A stretch of DNA of 24,000 nt. Origin: Alphaproteobacteria bacterium (GTDB lineage: Bacteria > Pseudomonadota > Alphaproteobacteria > CACIAM-22H2). Of the stretch, positions 15,496 through 23,842 are shown in pieces. The stretch covers positions 66,269 through 90,268 of the forward strand of contig JAEULA010000054.1 of the NCBI GenBank assembly GCA_016793165.1. Direction: 5' to 3'. Each line of letters begins with the position of its first letter. Positions within the stretch are counted from its first letter, which is position 1. The position numbers and the translations under genes were made by a program. The notes beneath the pieces are model-generated. The model was given only the letters and a program-made list of their open reading frames with translations. It was not told the DNA's origin and made no database searches.

Positions 15496-15590
15496 TGCTT
15501 AGCGGATTTTTCACCATAGGTAGGGCGCCGAACCCGAAGTGCGGGCGGGTCTTCCGCCGGCGACCGCGCCTGTGGGACGACCGCCGAGGA

Positions 15591-16376
15591 CTATTGGGCC
15601 GTCCAGGCCCCGTCGACCGGCAGGGCGGCGCCGCGGATCTGGTCGGCCGCCGGCGAGCACAGGTACAGGGCGAGTTGCGCCAGGGCCTCGGGCGCCACGG
15701 CCTCGGCCGAGGGCATCTTCTCCGACAGCAGCCGGACCTTGGCCTCTTCCTGGGGCACCCCATCGCGCTGGGCGCGATCGAGGATCTGCTTCTCGACCAG
15801 GGGCGTGAGGACGAAGCCGGGGCAGATCGCGTTGCAGGTCACCGGCGTCCGCGCCGTCTCGAGGGCGACGACCTTCGTCAGCCCGATCAGGCCATGCTTC
15901 GCCGCGACATAGGCCGCCTTCTGGACCGAGGCGACGAGTCCGTGCACCGAGGCGATGTTGATGATGCGCCCGAAACCGCGCCGCTTCATTCCCGGCAGCG
16001 CCGCCCGGATGGCGTAGAAGCTGGACGAGAGGTTGATGGAGAGAATCGCCTCCCAGCGCTCCGGCGGGAAGTCCTCGACGTTCGCGGTGTGCTGAACGCC
16101 GGCGTTGTTCACGAGCACATCAAGGCGGCCGAACTGCCGTTCCGTCTCGGCGACGAGCCCGGCGACCTGCTCGGCCTTGGACATGTCGGCGGCCGAGTAG
16201 CCGACGCGCACCCCGGCCGAGCGGGCAAGGTTGCCACGCAGGGTCTCGATCGCCGCGGCATCGCCGAAGCCGTTCAGCATCACGTCGGCGCCCGCCTGCG
16301 CCATCGCGGTCGCGATCGCGAGGCCGATGCCGCTCGTCGAACCGGTCACCAGGGCGACCTTGCCTTTGACTGTCAT
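15591..16376 (-). CDS. bdhA: D-beta-hydroxybutyrate dehydrogenase (SDR family)
   Basis: MTVKGKVALVTGSTSGIGLAIA, NNAGVQH, the YVAAKHG catalytic Y-x3-K, and NAICPGFVLTPLV are collinear with BdhA. AAGGAGA RBS lies upstream of ATG 16376. The upstream 36 codons of the track ORF were rejected. Confidence 0.85.
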   Translation of the reverse strand: MTVKGKVALVTGSTSGIGLAIATAMAQAGADVMLNGFGDAAAIETLRGNLARSAGVRVGYSAADMSKAEQVAGLVAETERQFGRLDVLVNNAGVQHTANVEDFPPERWEAILSINLSSSFYAIRAALPGMKRRGFGRIINIASVHGLVASVQKAAYVAAKHGLIGLTKVVALETARTPVTCNAICPGFVLTPLVEKQILDRAQRDGVPQEEAKVRLLSEKMPSAEAVAPEALAQLALYLCSPAADQIRGAALPVDGAWTAQ

Positions 16377-16427
16377 CTCGATACGTCTCCTTGTTGGAAG
16401 GGGATGCGGCGCGCTAGAGGGACCATC

Positions 16428-16661
16428 ATGACTCCCGGCCTCGCCTGGACGCTCCTCGTCGTGTGGATCGCCGGCCTGATCCACGTCGCGGCCTCGCCGC
16501 AGGGTGGCGCGTGGCGCAGCCCGGCCGGGTCGCGCTGCCCGATCGCGCCGCGCCTCGGCTGGCTCGTCCTCGCCCTGATGCTGGGCCCCGTGGGCTGGAT
16601 GCTGTTCCTGCGCAGTCGGCGCCGGGTGCCCGCGCCATCGCGCCCTCCTAGCCCTTCTTGA
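16428..16661 (+). CDS. Small two-TM membrane protein (PLDc_N-like)
   Basis: MTPGLAWTLLVVWIAGLIHV...LGWLVLALMLGPVGWMLFLRSRRR shows the W...P.xG...F.R motif of small PLDc_N membrane proteins. GC3 is very high, and a GAGGGA RBS is present. An alternative ATG is at 16404. Confidence 0.55.
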   Translation: MTPGLAWTLLVVWIAGLIHVAASPQGGAWRSPAGSRCPIAPRLGWLVLALMLGPVGWMLFLRSRRRVPAPSRPPSPS

Positions 16662-16833
16662 AGAACAGATCGGCGGCGGCCTTCTGGGCTTGCTTCGCCT
16701 TGATCGCCTCGCCGGCGCGCCGGATCTCGGCCTCCATGGCGGCGATATAGGCCTGCAGATCCTCGACCGACCACCCGGAAAGGTCCTTGGGCTTGGGCGG
16801 TTGGCGCCGCGGCTCGAGATCGTCGAGGTCCAT
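16648..16833 (-). CDS. DUF1192 family protein
   Basis: The 61-aa product MDLDDLEPRRQPPKPKDLSGWSVEDLQAYIAAMEAEIRRAGEAIKAKQAQKAAADLFFKKG matches the conserved alphaproteobacterial DUF1192 pattern. Confidence 0.75.
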   Translation of the reverse strand: MDLDDLEPRRQPPKPKDLSGWSVEDLQAYIAAMEAEIRRAGEAIKAKQAQKAAADLFFKKG

Positions 16834-16918
16834 GGTCCGGCTCCTTTCGGCTGGCTCGCCTGCCCTGCTAAAGCTCTCCGATCGATCCCGCAACCGATCC
16901 GAGCCGGAGCCCGACCGC

Positions 16919-17917
16919 ATGCCCGTACCGTCGACGATGACTGCCATCGAGATCGTCAAGCCCGGCGGCCCCGAGGTGCTGGAGCCGACGACCCGGCCGG
17001 TACCGACGGCCCAGGCCGGCGAGGTGCTGATCCGCGTTCGTGCCGCCGGCGTCAACCGGCCGGACGTTCTGCAGCGCCAGGGCGGCTATGCGCCGCCCCC
17101 CGGCGCCTCGGACATTCCCGGCCTCGAGGTCGCGGGCGAGATCGTCGCGACGGCCGGCGATGTCCTCGGCTTGACGGTCGGCGACCGGGTCATGGCGCTG
17201 GTCGCCGGGGGCGGCTATGCGGAGTACTGCGTCGCCCCCGCCGGCCAGTGCCTGCCGATCCCGGGCGGGGTCTCGGTGATCGAGGCGGGCGGCATCCCGG
17301 AGACGTTCTTCACCGTCTGGACGAACGTGTTCGACCGCGCTGCGCTCGGGCACGGCGAGAGCTTCCTCGTCCACGGCGGCGCCTCGGGGATCGGGACCAC
17401 GGCGATCCAACTCGCCCGCGCCGCCGGTGCGCGGGTCTTCGCCACGGCCGGCACTGGCGAGAAATGCCGAGCCTGCATGGCGCTCGGAGCCGAGCAGGCC
17501 GTCAACTACCGCGAGGCGGATTTCGAGCAGTCTATTCGCGAAGCCACGCAAGGTGCTGGCGTGGATGTCATTTTGGATATGGTCGGCGGCGACTACACGG
17601 CTCGGAACCTGGCGCTGCTGCGCGAGGAAGGCCGGCTCGTCCAGATCGCCTTCCTCAAGGGCAGCAAGGTCCAGGTCGACCTCAATGCCGTGATGCGCAA
17701 GCGACTGACCCTGACCGGGTCGACCCTCCGCCCTCGCACCGTCGCCCAGAAATCGGCCATCGCCGACAAGCTCCGGAGCCGCGTCCTGCCTTGGCTCGAG
17801 GCGGGCAAGGTCCGCTCCGTCGTCCACGCCACCTATCCGCTGCGCGCGGCCGCCGCCGCGCATGCCGCGCTCGAGGCCGACCGCCACGTCGGCAAGATCG
17901 TGCTTGAGCTTGGCTGA
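16919..17917 (+). CDS. qor: NAD(P)H:quinone oxidoreductase, zinc-independent MDR family (Qor/PIG3-like)
   Basis: EVLIRVRAAGVNRPDVLQRQGGYAPPPGASDIPGLEVAGEI and the nucleotide-binding motif LVHGGASGIGTTAIQLA are present. GGAG lies about 10 nt upstream of ATG 16919. An alternative start is at 16937. Confidence 0.85.
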   Translation: MPVPSTMTAIEIVKPGGPEVLEPTTRPVPTAQAGEVLIRVRAAGVNRPDVLQRQGGYAPPPGASDIPGLEVAGEIVATAGDVLGLTVGDRVMALVAGGGYAEYCVAPAGQCLPIPGGVSVIEAGGIPETFFTVWTNVFDRAALGHGESFLVHGGASGIGTTAIQLARAAGARVFATAGTGEKCRACMALGAEQAVNYREADFEQSIREATQGAGVDVILDMVGGDYTARNLALLREEGRLVQIAFLKGSKVQVDLNAVMRKRLTLTGSTLRPRTVAQKSAIADKLRSRVLPWLEAGKVRSVVHATYPLRAAAAAHAALEADRHVGKIVLELG

Positions 17918-17951
17918 GTAACCCGTTGATCGGCCGCAGCAACCGAAGTCT

Positions 17952-17980
17952 TTGACCCGCCGGAAGGAGACTTATATAAC
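17952..17980 (+). promoter_or_regulatory. Candidate sigma70-type promoter for the DUF1013/trcR gene
   Basis: TTGACC (17952-17957), a 17-nt spacer, then TATAAC (17975-17980). It would give a leader of about 140 nt. Confidence 0.4.
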
Positions 17981-18123
17981 GCTCGCGTTTCCGCGACATC
18001 GAGACTGGTGTGGGCGGGTGCCTCGGTTGGATCCACGCCGGTCCGGCTGAGCTCTCGGCCCGCTCCTGTTTCGGCGGATGTCCTCACGTCGATAGCCCGT
18101 TACGCCTGGAGGTAGACAAGGCC

Positions 18124-18771
18124 ATGAGCTTGCCCCTGATGCCAAAGGCGACAGCAGTCTGGCTGGTGGAGAACACCGGCCTGACCTTCGAACAGATCGC
18201 CGAGTTCTGCGGCATGCACGCGCTCGAGGTGCAGGGCATCGCCGACGGCGAAGTCGCGATCGGGATCGTCGGCGCCGATCCGATCGCCAACAGCCAGCTG
18301 ACCCGCGAGGAGATCCAGCGCTGCGAGGCCGATCGCAAGGCGCGCCTCAAGCTGCTTGCGACGGAGATCCCGCCGCCGATGGTGCGCTCGAAGGGCGCGC
18401 GCTACACGCCGATCGCCAAGCGCCAGGACAAGCCCAGCGCGATCGCGTGGCTGCTGCGCCATCATCCCGAACTCACCGACGCGCAGGTCGGCCGCCTGCT
18501 CGGCACGACCAAGGCGACGATCCAGAAGGTCCGGGATCGCAGCCATTGGGACATGCAGAACATCAAGCCGACCAGCCCGGTCATGCTCGGCCTTTGCAGC
18601 CAGAATGCGCTCGACGATGCGATCGCCAAGGCGGCACGGGTCGCCGAGCGGCGGCGCAAGGAATCGGAGCGCGCCCAGCGTCGCAGCGAGCGCGACAAGG
18701 CCGACGCCGCGGCCGCCAAGGCGGACGAAGCGGTGGCCGGCGATGACGGCGAGCCGGCGGCGAATTCCTGA
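18124..18771 (+). CDS. trcR: DUF1013 family protein (TrcR-like cell-cycle transcriptional regulator)
   Basis: MSLPLMPKATAVWLVENTGLTFEQIAEFCGMHALEVQGIADGEV... is the hallmark DUF1013 N-terminus. GGAGG RBS lies upstream of ATG 18124. The C-terminal tail is charged and K/R/E/A-rich. Confidence 0.7.
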   Translation: MSLPLMPKATAVWLVENTGLTFEQIAEFCGMHALEVQGIADGEVAIGIVGADPIANSQLTREEIQRCEADRKARLKLLATEIPPPMVRSKGARYTPIAKRQDKPSAIAWLLRHHPELTDAQVGRLLGTTKATIQKVRDRSHWDMQNIKPTSPVMLGLCSQNALDDAIAKAARVAERRRKESERAQRRSERDKADAAAAKADEAVAGDDGEPAANS

Positions 18772-18786
18772 GGCGCGGCGCCCGCC

Positions 18787-19560
18787 TCAATCCACCGCCA
18801 CCGTGTAGTTCAGTCCGAGGCGCCCGCCGTCGGGATAGATCGTCGTTCCGGTGATGTAGGAGCTCTCGTCGCTGGCGAGGAACACCACCACCGAGCCGAT
18901 TTCCGACGGCTCCCCGAGCCGCTTCATCGGCGTGCGGCTCATCACCCGCCGCCGCGCCTCGTCGCTCGACAGCACCGAGGCCTTGGCGAGGTCGGTGGCG
19001 ATCGTCCCCGGGCCGATGGCGTTGACCCGGATCCCGTGATCGACCAGCGACAGCGCCATCACCTTGGTCAGCTGGTTCACCCCGCCCTTGGCCGCGACAT
19101 AGGCCGGGATCGACGGGATGGCGAGCACCGCGTTCACCGACGACATGTTGATGATCGCATAGCTGCCCTTCGCGGGCTTGCCCTGCTTCACCATCTGACG
19201 CGCCGCAGCCTGGCCGGTCAGGAAGACGCCCTTCAGGTTGACGCGCATCACGCGGTCCCAGTCCTCCTCCTTGAGCGTGAGGAAGTCGCCCGACAGCGAG
19301 ATGCCCGCATTGCTCACCATGATGTCGAGCCGGCCATGGCGCGCGACCGCCGCCTCGACGAGGGCATTCACCTGTGCGCTGTCACCGACGTCGCATCGCA
19401 CGAAGCTCGCCGCCGCCCCCAGCTTCGCCGCCGCCGCCGCGCCGTCGTTCACGTCGCTGAGCACGACCTTCGCGCCCTCGCGCAGCAGCGCCTCCGCGCA
19501 GGCATGGCCGATGCCCTGCGCCGCGCCCGTGACGATCGCGACCTTGTCCTTGAGTCTCAT
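18787..19560 (-). CDS. SDR-family oxidoreductase
   Basis: MRLKDKVAIVTGAAQGIG, SNAG, the YVAAKGG catalytic Y-x3-K, and RVNAIGPG are present. The start is in an ATGA overlap with the upstream acyl-CoA ligase stop. Confidence 0.85.
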   Translation of the reverse strand: MRLKDKVAIVTGAAQGIGHACAEALLREGAKVVLSDVNDGAAAAAKLGAAASFVRCDVGDSAQVNALVEAAVARHGRLDIMVSNAGISLSGDFLTLKEEDWDRVMRVNLKGVFLTGQAAARQMVKQGKPAKGSYAIINMSSVNAVLAIPSIPAYVAAKGGVNQLTKVMALSLVDHGIRVNAIGPGTIATDLAKASVLSSDEARRRVMSRTPMKRLGEPSEIGSVVVFLASDESSYITGTTIYPDGGRLGLNYTVAVD

Positions 19561-21482
19561 GACGGTGCACTCCGTGAATCGGCCTTGGCATAGCCCAGCG
19601 GCTGCAACGCAGCCTGGATCTCTTCGAGAATGGCGGGATCGTCGATCGTCGCGGGCATCTTCCACGCCTCGCTGTCGGCGATCTTCTGCATGGTGCCGCG
19701 CAAGATCTTGCCCGATCGCGTCTTCGGCAGGCGCGGCACGACGATCGCCTGCTTGAAGAAGGCCACCGGACCGATCCGCTCGCGCACCATCTTCACCAGG
19801 TCGGCGACGATCTCGCTATCGGCCGTCTTCACCCCGGCCTTGAGAACGACGAAGCCGAGCGGCACCTGGCCCTTCAACTCGTCGCCGACGCCGACCACCG
19901 CGCACTCGGCGACGGCGGGATGGCTCGCGAGCACCTCTTCCATCTGCCCCGTGGAGAGGCGATGGCCCGCGACGTTGATGACGTCGTCGACGCGGGTCAT
20001 GATGTGGACGTACCCGTCGGCATCGACCATCCCGGCATCGCCGGTCTTGTACCAGCCCGGGTATTCCTCGAGATACGCCTTGAAGAACCGCTCCTCCGCG
20101 TTCCACAGCGTCGGGAAGGTTCCCGGGGGCAGCGGCAACCGGCAGCAGATCGCGCCGATCTCGCCGGGCTTGACGGGATGGCCGTCGGCGCCGAGCGCCT
20201 GCACGTCCCAGCCCGGCATCGGCTTCGTCGTCGATCCGGCCTTGAGCGGATAGCTGTGCACCCCGACCGGATTGCCGGTGATCGCGTGCCCGGTCTCCGT
20301 CTGCCACCAGTGGTCGACCACGGGCACGCCGAGGATGCGCTGCGCCCAGTGCAGCGTGTCGGGATCGCAGCGCTCGCCGGCAAGGAACAGCGCCTTGAAC
20401 GCCCCGAGGTCGTAGCGCTTCACCAGTGCGCCCTCGGGATCCTCGCGCTTGATCGCGCGGAACGCGGTCGGCGCGGTGAACAGCGCCTTGACCTTGTGCT
20501 GGCTCGCGACGCGCCAGAACGCGCCGGCATCCGGCGTCCCGACGGGCTTGCCCTCGTAGAGCAGCGTCGTGCAGCCCTGCAGCAGCGGGGCATAGACGAT
20601 GTAGCTGTGCCCGACGACCCAGCCGACGTCGCTCGCCGCCCAGAACACCTCGCCCGGCTTCATGTCGTAGAGGACCGACATGCTCGCCTTCAGCGCGACG
20701 GCGTGGCCGCCATTGTCGCGCACGACGCCCTTGGGCTGGCCGGTCGTGCCGGACGTGTAGAGGATGTACAGGGGATCGGTGGCGGCGACCGGCACGCAGG
20801 CGGCCGGCGCCGCGGTCTTCATCGCCTCCGCCCAGTCGATGTCCCGGCCCGGCGTCAGCGCGCAGACCTGCTGCGGCCGCTGCAGGATGATGCAGCGCCC
20901 CGGCTTGTGGCGCGCGATGTTGATCGCCGCATCGAGCAGCGGCTTGTAGGGGATGATGCGCGTCGTCTCGATGCCGCAGGAGGCCGAGACGATCGCCTTG
21001 GGCTGGCAGTCGTCGATGCGCACCGCCAGCTCGTTCGCCGCGAAGCCGCCGAAGACGACCGAGTGCACCGCGCCGAGCCGGGCGCAGGCGAGCATGGCGA
21101 TCGCGGCCTCGGGCACCATCGGCATGTAGACGATCACGCGGTCGCCCTTGCCCACGCCCTGGGCTCGCAGCACGCCCGCGAAGCGCGCGACCTCGTCGCG
21201 AAGGTCGCGATAGGTGAAGCGCCGGATCGTGCCGCCGGTCACCGGGCTGTCGTAGATCAGCGCGATGCGGTCGCCGTGGCCGGCGTCGACATGGCGGTCG
21301 AGCGCATTGAAACAGGTGTTGATCTCGCCGCCCCGGAACCAGCGGTAGAAGGGCTTGCGCGCATCGTCCAGAACCTTGTCCCAGCGCCGCGTCCACACCA
21401 GGTCGCCCGCGCGCTCGGCCCAATAGGCCTCCGGCTCGTCGAGCGATCGGCGATGCATCGGCGCGTAATTGTCCCCGGCCAT
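19557..21482 (-). CDS. prpE: Propionate--CoA ligase / acetyl-CoA synthetase-like enzyme (PrpE-like)
   Basis: The 641-aa product has PEAYWAERA...W, YTSGTTGQPKG (AMP-binding), WWQTETG, YKTGD and PKTRSGKILR. GGGAGGA RBS lies upstream of ATG 21482. The upstream part of the 1277-aa track ORF was rejected. Confidence 0.8.
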   Translation of the reverse strand: MAGDNYAPMHRRSLDEPEAYWAERAGDLVWTRRWDKVLDDARKPFYRWFRGGEINTCFNALDRHVDAGHGDRIALIYDSPVTGGTIRRFTYRDLRDEVARFAGVLRAQGVGKGDRVIVYMPMVPEAAIAMLACARLGAVHSVVFGGFAANELAVRIDDCQPKAIVSASCGIETTRIIPYKPLLDAAINIARHKPGRCIILQRPQQVCALTPGRDIDWAEAMKTAAPAACVPVAATDPLYILYTSGTTGQPKGVVRDNGGHAVALKASMSVLYDMKPGEVFWAASDVGWVVGHSYIVYAPLLQGCTTLLYEGKPVGTPDAGAFWRVASQHKVKALFTAPTAFRAIKREDPEGALVKRYDLGAFKALFLAGERCDPDTLHWAQRILGVPVVDHWWQTETGHAITGNPVGVHSYPLKAGSTTKPMPGWDVQALGADGHPVKPGEIGAICCRLPLPPGTFPTLWNAEERFFKAYLEEYPGWYKTGDAGMVDADGYVHIMTRVDDVINVAGHRLSTGQMEEVLASHPAVAECAVVGVGDELKGQVPLGFVVLKAGVKTADSEIVADLVKMVRERIGPVAFFKQAIVVPRLPKTRSGKILRGTMQKIADSEAWKMPATIDDPAILEEIQAALQPLGYAKADSRSAPS

Positions 21483-21578
21483 GACGAGTCCTCCCGTTTG
21501 GCGAAATCTGCCTGCTGGGCCATGTCTTGCAAAGCCCGGGCTGTGGCAGATTGCGCGCCCGACGAGGAGGACTTCACG

Positions 21579-23276
21579 ATGGCAGCGAAGCGCAAGGCGG
21601 CAAAGCGTCGCAAGGCGGCGGCGAGAGGCAGGGCGGCGGCGCAGCGGCCGGCGTCGCGTCACGCCTTCGACACCGGTCTCGACAAGAACGCCGCGAACTA
21701 CGCGCCGCTGACGCCCGTCACGTTCCTCGCGCGCGCCGCCGCGACCGCCCCGCGCCACACCGCCATCGTCCACGGCGCGATCCGCCGCAGCTGGGCCGAG
21801 ACCTACCGCCGCTGCCGGCAGCTGGCATCGGCGCTGCGCCGGCACGGCGTCAGGCGCCTCGATACCGTCGCGCTGATGGCCCCCAACACGCCCGCCGCCT
21901 ACGAATGCGCCTTCGGCGTGCCGATGGCCGGTGCGGTGCTGAACGCGATGAACGTGCGCCTGGATGCGGCGACGATCGCGTTCATGCTCGATCACGGCGA
22001 GGCGACGGTCCTGATCACCGACACCGAGTTCGCGCCGGTGATCGCCGAGGCCCTCAGCCTGGCCAGGCGCAAGCTGCTGGTGATCGACGTCGCCGACCCC
22101 GAGGGGCCGGGCGGAGCAAGGGTCGGGACGATCGAGTACGAGGATTTCCTCGCCGCCGGCGATGCCGAGGACGACTGGCTCATGCCGCGCGACGAGTGGG
22201 ATGCGCTGGCGCTCAACTACACCTCCGGCACGACCGGCAATCCCAAGGGCGTCGTCTACCACCATCGCGGCGCCTACCTGAACGCCGTCGGCAACGTCAT
22301 GGTCTGGAACCTGCCGAGCCGGCCCGTCTATCTGTGGACGCTGCCGATGTTCCACTGCAACGGCTGGTGCTTTCCATGGACCATGGCCGCGATGCTCGGC
22401 ACCAACGTGTGCCTGCGCCGCGTCGAGGCGAAGGCGATCTTCGACGCGATCCGCGACCATCGCGTCACGCATTTCTGCGGCGCGCCGATCGTGCTCGGCC
22501 TGCTTATCAACGCGCCCGAGGAGATGCGCGCCGATCCCACCCACACGGTCGAGGTCATGACGGCCGCCTCCGCGCCGCCCGCGGCGGTCATCGAGAAGAT
22601 GGAGCGCATGGGCTTCCACATCACGCATGTCTACGGCCTGACCGAGGTCTACGGCCCAGCGGTCGTCTGCGAATGGGACCCGGCCTGGAATGCCGAGCCC
22701 GCCGAAGCGCGCGCGACGCTCAAGGCGCGCCAGGGCGTGCGCTATCCGGTCCTCGAGGGGCTGATGGTCGCCGACCCCGCGACGCTCGAACCGGTCCCGT
22801 CCGACGGCGCGACGATCGGCGAGGTCTTCATGCGCGGCCACATCGTCATGAAGGGCTACCTCAAGAACCCGAAGGCGACGACGGCGGCCTTCAAGGGCGG
22901 CTGGTTCCACACCGGCGACCTCGGCGTGATGCACGCCAACGGCTATATCGAGCTCAAGGACCGCTCGAAGGACATCATCATCTCGGGCGGGGAGAACATC
23001 TCGACCATCGAGATCGAGGGCGTCCTTTATCGCCACCCCGACGTCGTCGAGGCGGCCGTCGTCGCGCGACCCGACGAGAAATGGGGCGAGACGCCCTGCG
23101 CCTTCGTGATGCTGCGCGCCGGCGCCAAGGCCGGCGCCGAGGACATCATCGCGCACTGCCGGCGCAACCTCGCGCACTTCAAGTGCCCGCGCACCGTGGT
23201 CTTCGGACCGCTGCCGAAGACGTCCACCGGCAAGATCCAGAAATTCGTGCTGCGCGAGCGCGCCCGCGCGCTGTGA
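21579..23276 (+). CDS. AMP-dependent acyl-CoA synthetase/ligase (medium/short-chain acyl-activating enzyme type) with basic N-terminal extension
   Basis: YTSGTTGNPKG, LPMFHCNGW, HTGDLG and PKTSTGKIQK are present. GAGGAGGA RBS lies 7 nt upstream of ATG 21579. No alternative in-frame start occurs before the conserved FDTGLDKNAANYAPLTP block. Confidence 0.85.
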   Translation: MAAKRKAAKRRKAAARGRAAAQRPASRHAFDTGLDKNAANYAPLTPVTFLARAAATAPRHTAIVHGAIRRSWAETYRRCRQLASALRRHGVRRLDTVALMAPNTPAAYECAFGVPMAGAVLNAMNVRLDAATIAFMLDHGEATVLITDTEFAPVIAEALSLARRKLLVIDVADPEGPGGARVGTIEYEDFLAAGDAEDDWLMPRDEWDALALNYTSGTTGNPKGVVYHHRGAYLNAVGNVMVWNLPSRPVYLWTLPMFHCNGWCFPWTMAAMLGTNVCLRRVEAKAIFDAIRDHRVTHFCGAPIVLGLLINAPEEMRADPTHTVEVMTAASAPPAAVIEKMERMGFHITHVYGLTEVYGPAVVCEWDPAWNAEPAEARATLKARQGVRYPVLEGLMVADPATLEPVPSDGATIGEVFMRGHIVMKGYLKNPKATTAAFKGGWFHTGDLGVMHANGYIELKDRSKDIIISGGENISTIEIEGVLYRHPDVVEAAVVARPDEKWGETPCAFVMLRAGAKAGAEDIIAHCRRNLAHFKCPRTVVFGPLPKTSTGKIQKFVLRERARAL

Positions 23277-23475
23277 GCGTCGGCGCCGCCAGACGCACGC
23301 CGCGAGCGGCCCGGTCGGCCGGTTGCGAGCGATGAGGTGGCAGAGGTTGCGCTCGCGGATCCGAACACGGCGGCGCGCCGGCCGCTCCAATTCCGGTCCG
23401 CGCTGCCGAGTTCGCGACCCGGCCTAATCCGCGCGACGGCGCGAGGCGCCGTGGAAGTGACGGTCGCCGCGGGCG

Positions 23476-23514
23476 CCAAAACAAGACCGGCGGCGTGAGG
23501 GGCACGCCGCCGGT
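23476..23514 (-). terminator. Rho-independent terminator downstream of the DUF465 gene
   Basis: On the minus strand: ACCGGCGGCGUG-ccccu-CACGCCGCCGGU followed by CUUGUUUUGG. This is a 12-bp stem (23486-23497 with 23503-23514). Confidence 0.7.
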
Positions 23515-23541
23515 TGTCGCTCGTCGCCCGCGAGGGCGATG

Positions 23542-23712
23542 TCAGTGGGGAAGTGTTCGTCGCGCGATCTCGTCCTTCAGTCGGAGCTTCTCGCGCTTGA
23601 GCTTGGCGATTTGAGCGTCGTCGGGCATCGGTCGATGGGCTTCTTGATCGATCAAGTGCTCCAGCTTGGCGTGCTTGACCTTCAGGGACTCGATACGCTC
23701 GTCACCGGTCAT
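23542..23712 (-). CDS. DUF465 family protein (YdcH-like)
   Basis: The 56-aa product is MTGDERIESLKVKHAKLEHLIDQEAHRPMPDDAQIAKLKREKLRLKDEIARR. AGGAGG lies 6 nt upstream of ATG 23712. The upstream part of the track ORF was rejected. Confidence 0.8.
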   Translation of the reverse strand: MTGDERIESLKVKHAKLEHLIDQEAHRPMPDDAQIAKLKREKLRLKDEIARRTLPH

Positions 23713-23842
23713 CCACATCCTCCTTCGGATTGGGTCGACGGAAGGAAGCTTACGCCCGTTCGGCGCGGCCGGGCCATAGATCCATGGCCCGATCCGCGAT
23801 GCGGGTAAGGGGCCGGCGCGCCGGAAATTTCCTAACGAATGC

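Noticed and set aside
15321-16661. 446-aa plus-strand ORF antisense to bdhA
   Set aside because: Only the final 77 codons (from ATG 16428) are free of the bdhA overlap and look like a membrane protein. The remainder is antisense shadow.
19557-23390. 1277-aa minus-strand ORF
   Set aside because: It is read-through of an open frame antisense to the plus-strand acyl-CoA synthetase. The recognisable PrpE-like sequence starts at ATG 21482 with a GGGAGGA RBS, and the upstream 636 codons are R/G/A/D-rich shadow sequence.
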